DNA of 51,809 nt, filler included, from Sphacelaria rigidula (taxonomy: Eukaryota), in the NCBI GenBank assembly GCA_964200075.2. It is 3 parts of 3 records of this genome, joined end to end, with 100 filler letters (N's around TTAATTAATTAA, not from the genome) between each part and the next. Parts side by side here need not be neighbours in the genome. Positions count along the whole stretch, not along the records: positions 34,609 to 51,809 come from CAXNAA020001146.1; 2 more parts are not named here. One strand, 5' to 3'. The translations under genes were made by a program, and so were the position numbers. The notes beneath the pieces were generated by a model. It made no database searches, was not told the origin of the DNA, and saw only the letters and a list, made by a program, of their open reading frames with translations. Every line of letters begins with the position of its first letter. Position 1 is the stretch's first letter. Of the stretch, positions 46,701-51,809 are shown piece after piece.

Positions 46701-49658
46701 TATTGATGTCATTAAACCACCGGGGCGGGGTGGCACTATGGTGGCAATATAATCCGAACACGAATCACGCATGGTATGGACTATGATGGTAGCAAAAGGT
46801 GGACTGCTATCTGGACTATGATGGTGATACAGTATAGACCACAATATCACGGTATGGTCTATGATGGTGACGAAAAGGTGGACTAAAATCTGGACGTATG
46901 ATAGGTGTTACAGTATAGGCCACAATAGTTATAAGACACGGATTACTGTATGGATTATGACGGAAAATAACGCATACTATGTGGACTGAGAGTATATTAC
47001 AGACTACGTAGATTGTGACAGTAATGTTATATGAGTTACGACGGTAATTCAGTACATGTTGGTGTTTTGTGTCATTTCGCGGTCGGAGGGTGAGACGTGC
47101 GTTCAAGGCGGTGTGTCTCGCTCTGTGCTGGGGGTAGTCGTGGTGGGGGTGTTTAGCCATCCCGTTGGGGGGCGGGGCAGGGGGGGGAACAGGATTGTTG
47201 CCCGAATAACAGAGCTTATCAGTGCAAGTGCGGGTGGGTCGATCTGGTGACATTATCTATGATCTACAAATTCTGACTCAAGTGCTGGGTGGTAGTGCGG
47301 CGGGATTGCCTGGGTTCCATCGTGCACAGTATGGGGGCGTGGGGTAGGCGAGAAATGCGACGAAGATTGACGCACTGCGGGAGTGCTGATTCAAGGTTCG
47401 ATAGCATATTGCGTGGGCAGGTAGTGGGGGCGTACTCATTTGTTGCGCTTGCCTTTGTCGTTTGACCATTGACCGTATCCCTTTCGAGGCGGAGCACAGG
47501 TAGGCAACGGGGGAGAGACGGGTCGATATCTTGGGGCCTGTGTGCTCGTCTCGAGCACAGGAGGATGGTTAAAACACCTCCGTGCCTACCGTCCCTATCA
47601 TAGAAGGTCTATGCTGCTATTTTCGGGTGCTAGTGCTAGTGAGTCAGCCGTTTTCCATCTACTTGCCCTTGTCCTAGCGCCGGTTACTCTTTTTTTTTTC
47701 TCCCTTGCCTTTTCTCGTGCAACTGGTCTACACACTGGAGAGTTTCGGAAAATTGTTTTCGCACCTTGGAGTCAGAGTAGAAACGCTCGGCGTACAAATC
47801 CTACACACTCTAAAAGTCCCATCTACACAGCTATAGCACGGAGTCAACCCCGATGGCGCGTGGATTTTCGAGTGTCGGACCGGACCGGACCGAACTGGTC
47901 AAGTGTACTTTGTCTCCCTCTCTCCGCTTGACCTGCCTGCTTTTTGTGTTGAAACGAAAAGAGCGAGCGGTATGATGTCACACGTGCGCGATTTGATTGG
48001 TTGTTGTACATTAGCTGATCCCCGAGGGACCCAGCCGTGGTCATTATCCACAATATGTAGACGTGCCCAAGGTAGGCGAAATGGAAACGCTCGCTGAAGA
48101 AAATGAAGAAAACTGAAAGGCACAAAAGAGAAAGTAGACTGGAATAAGATAAAAATACACTGTGGAGTACTGTAAAATAATAAGAATATAGCCTTTTGTT
48201 TCCGGTTCGTGTGTGGCAAGTTTCTCAACATATAGGGTCCTTATGGAAAGGAATATCCCCCTTTCTCAAAACCCCATTTTATGAAAAACGATCGCTGATT
48301 GGTCGCCGCAATACCACCCCCTCCCCCCCCGCAAAAAAGGAAGAGATACAATCAAATAAAGACGAAAACGTGCCCAGAAATCCCCTTTTGAAAAGAGGAT
48401 TTCCGGACATGTCGAAGAGGAACGTGTATGTCCGGTTGACAGGGGCACGTTCAAAGGCCCACCACACAACACAATACAATCAGAGCTGAACCTGAGGAAC
48501 TCGGTGCCCCCGCAAACCGAAACCACCCAGCTTGAGCCGTAGCTGCTCATCAGCTGTGCACATTGTGCGTGACATTGTTCAACTCTCTTCAGAATTCATT
48601 GAGAAATGATTATTTGTGGGAGACCCGCGCACGGCACACGCTTACAAACGGTCAGCAACGATAAGCTTTCGGTTGTTTTTGACACACACGCGCCCGCCAT
48701 TCGTCCAATACAGAACGGATTTCCGTCAAACAAAGACTGTCGTGCGTAGATTGACAAGGGCTAGTGGTTGAACTAATGCAAGCGTCGGGCGAAGTAATGA
48801 TTCGTCTGTAAATTACTTGATTTTAGTGTGGTTGATTCGTACCGTACGAATCAATCCTTGGGATTTGTTTTCAGCGTTGCAACCCAGGTACGCGCAGCCC
48901 AGGCACGTGGAATCGCGCAAAAATTGCATGAAGACCTTCTTGACCACTGGTGAACCTTTTTCTCTTTGTTGAGCAATTAGGCCTGACAAATCGTGGATTT
49001 GGTGATTTGTTTCGGTGATGATTCGTCCGAACCATGAACTAATGCGCGTGAGTGATGGATGTCTTTGCGTGTTTTTTCGGGGCTGGGTGCGTAGGTGTTG
49101 TGGTGACTTGTTGCGTCTTGCCTGTAGCATTACACAGACCTTGGACTTAAACCCACTTCCAGACCCGCCGCATTTCTGAACCTGCGTGTAGATCTGGAGT
49201 TCGATGTGTACAAAACTGCTTGTCTATGGGGCTCAGAACTGGTCGGTATGGAGCCAATCCCCTGATTCTGTCAAAGAGGGATTCTGACCAAGGAAAAAAT
49301 CCCCTTCGATTGGAAGGGCCCATACTACTTGAGACGAACGACACGGAGAACGATGGACTACGATGGTTCGTGTGCCACACAGTACAAGTTGCCGTGTATT
49401 TAGTGCAGGTGCACTGACTGCACGGGGCCTTCACTCTGTTTCACTTCACATGCGTTGTATTTTGCTGCTGTCCGCTGCTGCTGCTGTCCACCGTTTGCCG
49501 TCGGCTGCTGTTACCTTTCGTTCCCTCGCGTGATGCGGCGGCGGGCGGCGGGCGGTGGGGGGTGGGGAATGTATCCCATGGCCAGGCGAGAACGTTTTTC
49601 CCCCATGGTACTGCCTAAGGCTGCCGAGGCTAAGCAGGGTGGGCTGCCCGGCGACGAG
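37215..49658 (+). CDS. SCC2: Cohesin loader Nipped-B-like / sister chromatid cohesion protein 2, internal exons (gene incomplete at both ends)
   Basis: Phase-consistent exons 37215-37313, 39229-39520, 43886-44005, 45058-45180 and 49586-49658 give DVFGLLLKMPTGRRQLRTFRL..YIQNITALIMLLVQSCV..FFASRFLSRCSSKEEGANFQPLLGNVVDDLLAAVLLPEWPAAELLLHALCRALI..LLMAMDVLGKVAGGL. This matches the NIPBL/Scc2 HEAT-region motifs IQxxTALxxxLxQ and DLLxxxxxPEWPAAELLL. Confidence 0.93.
37394..37429 (+). repeat. (TG)n microsatellite
   Basis: Read directly from the sequence. Confidence 0.95.
37960..38547 (-). mobile_element. tRNA-derived SINE (family B), split by a family-A SINE
   Basis: Head gccacggtggctcagttggtaa...gtgggttcgaatcg (A and B boxes). 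Segments 37985-38107 plus 38441-38545 are collinear with the uninterrupted copy at 44195-44450. Confidence 0.8.
38111..38437 (+). mobile_element. tRNA-derived SINE (family A) nested in a family-B SINE
   Basis: gccgcgccctggtggttgcaatgatcc...gggttcgagtcccg head, A-rich tail, flanked by actgtt on both sides. Confidence 0.82.
39565..39960 (-). mobile_element. Family-A SINE variant with a different 3' module
   Basis: Core ccccggtacacgcg..ggatcagcactc and head end ccattggaccaccg as in family A. The segment 39580-39670 instead matches 43577-43670. Confidence 0.65.
39975..40201. mobile_element. MITE with near-perfect TIRs of about 60 bp and TA ends (Tc1/mariner-like)
   Basis: taccgttattgtgcgagtcatcgcacaccccctggaccgaatttcaaagctc / gagctttgaaattcggtccagggggtgtgcgatgactcgcacaattgcggta. 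Confidence 0.88.
41420..41725 (+). mobile_element. tRNA-derived SINE (family A), diverged
   Basis: actgtcgccgttagggtgaaaagaacgtgggttcgatttccgacgcg...atgatttcc...cggtgcggcagtgctgacc...ggcgtgtaccggg. Confidence 0.75.
41892..42013. mobile_element. piggyBac-type MITE with TTAA target site
   Basis: TTAA-cccttgtgggaacccattgacgatt...aatcgtcaaagggttcccaaaggg-TTAA. Confidence 0.88.
42082..42360. mobile_element. MITE with TIRs of about 33 bp
   Basis: cgaatatttcatatgtcggacagctcatgagcta / tagctcatgagctgttcggcgtgtggaatattcg. Confidence 0.7.
43060..43280. repeat. Dispersed repeat, inverted copy at about 48810-49030
   Basis: aatcaccaaatccacgatt...gtacctgggttgcaacgctgaaaacaaa...gattgattcgtacg versus its reverse complement at 48.8-49.0 kb. 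Confidence 0.8.
44195..44450 (-). mobile_element. tRNA-derived SINE (family B), uninterrupted copy
   Basis: Minus-strand head gcctcggtggctcagctggtaacc...gtgggttcaattt; A-rich tail. Confidence 0.78.
45252..45320. repeat. (TATG)/(TACG)n microsatellite
   Basis: Read directly from the sequence. Confidence 0.85.
46015..46297. mobile_element. CACACCCTGGACAA-family MITE, 8-bp TSD (caaggaat/caagggat)
   Basis: cacaccctggacaa...attgcccagggtgtg, with an internal extra TIR (ttgtccagggtgtg) near 46225. Confidence 0.82.
46467..46641. mobile_element. CACACCCTGGACAA-family palindromic MITE, 8-bp TSD (atactttg/ataccttg)
   Basis: Collinear with 35093-35262. Confidence 0.8.
46736..47040. repeat. Degenerate tandem array of ggactatgatggtg-containing units, continuing at 45840-45945
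   Basis: ggactatgatggt at 45920, 46778 and 46813, plus variants. Confidence 0.7.
48810..49030. repeat. Inverted copy of the 43060-43280 repeat
   Basis: See the 43060-43280 entry. Confidence 0.8.
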
Positions 49659-49690
49659 GTGAGCGATGCAGTTCGTTCAATCGAATAGTC

Positions 49691-49926
49691 CAAGGTTGTG
49701 CGCTGCAGGGTGTACCGGCTAAAAGTAGGGTATTTAGAGAAGTATCAAACAGGTATTTTATCTGCAAATGCCATTCCGAATCATGCCTGGATCGTTCGGA
49801 ATATACCGCTTGATACTATTCCAAACCATACCGCTATGTTCGACACACACGTACGGGCATGGTTTAAGTATGCCGACCAAAGAGTGCCCACTGCGGAGTA
49901 CTGTATACCCTACAGAACATAGCCTT
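49691..49926. mobile_element. CAAGG...CCTTG MITE with an imperfect 8-bp TSD
   Basis: gaatagtc-caaggttgtgcgctgcagggtgtac...gtataccctacagaacatagccttg-taacagtc. Confidence 0.7.
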
Positions 49927-49967
49927 GTAACAGTCGGTCGATTGGTTGGTTCATTGTCGTGCATTAA

Positions 49968-50088
49968 GCCTTTGGGAACCCAGTGCTGATTTTTGTTGGT
50001 GTGTGAATCGGCATCATTTCGACTGGAAGAATGACCGAAAATGATGCGGATTCACAAGAACAAAAATCAGCCCTGGGTTCCCAAAGGG
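49968..50088. mobile_element. piggyBac-type MITE, second copy
   Basis: TTAA-gcctttgggaaccc...gtgaatcggcatcatt...aatgatgcggattcac...gggttcccaaaggg-TTCA. Confidence 0.82.
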
Positions 50089-51809
50089 TTCACCGATGCC
50101 CTCAATAATCCAGCCGTGATTGGTAAATGGATGTGTATACCCAAGGTAAGTAGCTTAAGGAAGCTCGAAGACGGAGGTATACAAAGAAGGTGAATAGAAA
50201 AAAATAAGGATGAATAACCAGAGTAAACTGAAGTACGAGAAAAAAAAATCGACAGGAATAAACACAGAGGCATGAAGACCCAGACGGAAAAAAGCGGCGC
50301 GTGTCTCGTGTCTCACTTTTTGCCCCCTCAGGGGCCGATGCCGTTACCTGCATGCTTGTGTGTATTATAGCACCTTCCATTTACTGCCCTCTCGATACGT
50401 CGAGAGCAGACTCGAGAAGACCGGCGGAGGTAAAGGGGATGGAGAATTTAAAAGGGAGGAGGAGGGGGGGGGGGAGGGAGTTGTGTAGAAAGGGGTTGGG
50501 CATGATATTCTAGGCGAAGGCAGGATTTCGAATCGAGGCTGGTATCTTGAATGAGCTGTGTCATGTTCTATCCCTGCTATGGTACTACAGTTGTTCGGTG
50601 GTTTCCGTCGACGAGGGACGTGTGAAAGCTGCCAGGACGACGGTCTACCGATGCAGAACTGTGTTGCTGTTGCTGTTGCTGTCGCTGTTGCCCTTTCCTT
50701 TGGAAACAAAGTCATCTACTTGTATAGCACGCGATGTCACTTTTGATTCGATTCTCATCTCGACCGCAGCAGACGGTTGAGCTCGGCTCATGATCATGCT
50801 ATGCTGCAACACGCTCTTTCTCTTCCCCCCCCCCCCTCCTCCCCCGAGAGTATGTGTCAACACACATATATATATATATATAGTCTTTTCTATGTAGCCC
50901 TATAAAGTGCATATATATCAAGCATCTCCCGTTTCCTTCAAGGTTAGTCATACTTATTATCTTTCTTCTTTATTATGCATTCCTGTTTAGTTTGTATCGC
51001 GTTCGGGAGTTTGTTTCTCTGGAGTTTTCTTTTGTCTGTTTGGTTTCCCATACCTTATTATAGGGAGCTAGCCTGTCACCACGTAAGGCGTTCACATCAG
51101 ATGCCCAGTAAGAATATACCGCGCAAAAATCGGAAAGGTTTTTAATGTGAAGACAACAAGGACATTTTCCTTCCGAGAATACGTGTAATTGTGGTAACTA
51201 GGCTCCGGTGTAAGGACAGAATCTGTAAAACAACATACAGTAATGCAACGATAGACATCTTTCACTTGCTCTTCCATTCCTACATATCTACGTTCATGCC
51301 GGGATGAGTGGTAGTGCAGGTATGAGAGGAGTGAAACGAACCATGGTCATGATCCGAATCACGGTCGTGTGAGAGAGGAGTTGGTGGAGTCACGAAAGCG
51401 TGTGGGAAAGTTGTTTTTGGGTAGAAATGAATGTCGAATGCTTCATGTGCTCAAGCTATATATCTCCCTGCGTTCGGGTTGAAAACAAAAGATGCTCCAC
51501 AACACGGGTGGAAACGTCTATTTCGGGGTCATGATGAACGGCACTGACGGTTAGTTGAAGAGAAGAATCGAAATGACTCTAGCAACGATGAAAAAAGTGA
51601 GAGCAGGCACCGATACATGACTCTGTGGTAGCGTATGCACAAACAGTGTAGCCCACAGCGTCCGTCTCCTTCGCGACTAAAGCGCATAAAATCCAGCAGA
51701 TGGTACACTAGCCGGCAGTTTCGTGCTTGGTTTTAGTAGTCCTCTCCCCCCCCCCCCACATGGTCAATGGTCAAACGACGAAGGCAAGCAACAAATGAGT
51801 ACGCCCCCC

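Larger units (their letters stand above)
45948..46735 (-). mobile_element. Family-A SINE interrupted by two palindromic MITEs
   Basis: Removing 46015-46297 and 46467-46641 restores collinearity with 36367-36680. Confidence 0.75.

Noticed and set aside
48520..48556. CTGATGAG on the minus strand (hammerhead core?), also at 4570 and 13869 on the plus strand
   Set aside because: The GAAA half of the catalytic core and stems I/III are missing.
16585..49658. Apparent cell-division gene cluster (Aurora + SCC2)
   Set aside because: The genes lie on different contigs joined by artificial linkers.

Overview
Eukaryotic, intron-rich, repeat-rich DNA, most likely from a brown alga or other stramenopile. 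This is an inference from gene style, TTAGGG repeats and an RTE-type LINE. The window is not one locus: it is three contigs (1-17205, 17306-34508, 34609-51809; 17205, 17203 and 17201 bp) joined by artificial N44-TTAATTAATTAA-N44 linkers. Contig 1 holds a decayed RTE-clade LINE (minus strand), a multi-exon TPR-protein gene (minus), a weakly supported further minus-strand gene and an early exon of an Aurora kinase gene. Contig 2 holds a MITE-rich region and a roughly 10-exon gene of unknown function. Contig 3 holds five phase-consistent internal exons of the cohesin loader SCC2/NIPBL, whose introns are packed with nested tRNA-derived SINEs and hAT-, mariner- and piggyBac-type MITEs. No CRISPR array, rRNA or intact tRNA was found. 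I found no clearly novel system. The best leads are a duplicated stem-loop module in the LINE 5' region, a modular SINE family and the orphan gene.
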